From assembly GCA_951406725.2 (NCBI GenBank), contig OX597832.1:5332001-5396000 (forward strand): a stretch of 64,000 bases of DNA. Reading direction: 5' to 3'. The notes below the pieces were generated by a model. The model was not told where the DNA came from and made no database searches. It saw nothing but the letters and a program-made list of their open reading frames with translations. Position 1 is the first letter of the stretch, and each line of letters begins with the position of its first letter. This stretch comes from Octopus vulgaris (lineage: Eukaryota). This document shows positions 63,884 to 64,000 of this stretch, in pieces. The position numbers and the translations under genes were made by a program.

Positions 63884-64000
63884 AAAGTTCGTGCAGCATG
63901 ATTTTAAAATAATTTAAGATGTATTTCGTCGCAAAATGTGTGTCGCATCTGCTGACAGATGAAGAAGAAGAGAGCTGAGTCAGAGTCAGTTGGCAGCTAT
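63884..64000 (+). mobile_element. mariner fragment
   Basis: VAKCVSHLLTDEEEE resembles the mariner SAKWVPHLLTDEQK linker. Confidence 0.45.

Overview
AT-rich, repeat-dominated eukaryotic DNA. The SINE families and dense (TA)n/(TATG)n/(CA)n/(TAA)n microsatellites look like those of an octopus or other cephalopod; this is recognition, not a database result. No intact host protein-coding gene can be supported. Retroelements present: four SINE-type families, decayed RTE, R4/Dong-like (RLE) and Tx1/L1 LINEs, two Gypsy remnants, and four Penelope-like termini that each carry a minimal hammerhead-ribozyme motif. DNA transposons present: mariner/Tc1/pogo remnants, a nearly intact 2.8-kb hAT (Charlie/SPIN-like) element with TIRs and a perfect TSD, a Merlin element, two Helitron-type elements and several MITEs. 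Best leads: (1) a TSD-bounded, ORF1-only LINE derivative inserted in a Gypsy LTR; (2) a SINE carrying a Tx1-like 3' tail; (3) hammerhead-bearing Penelope ends in (TA)n, one fused to an RTE RT fragment; (4) an orphan GC-rich multi-exon-like cassette at ~22.8-23.9 kb; (5) sharp CpG-depletion boundaries that suggest a hidden methylated gene body and a promoter near 12.5-13.4 kb. All alignments were done by eye, so ends without TIR or TSD evidence are approximate.
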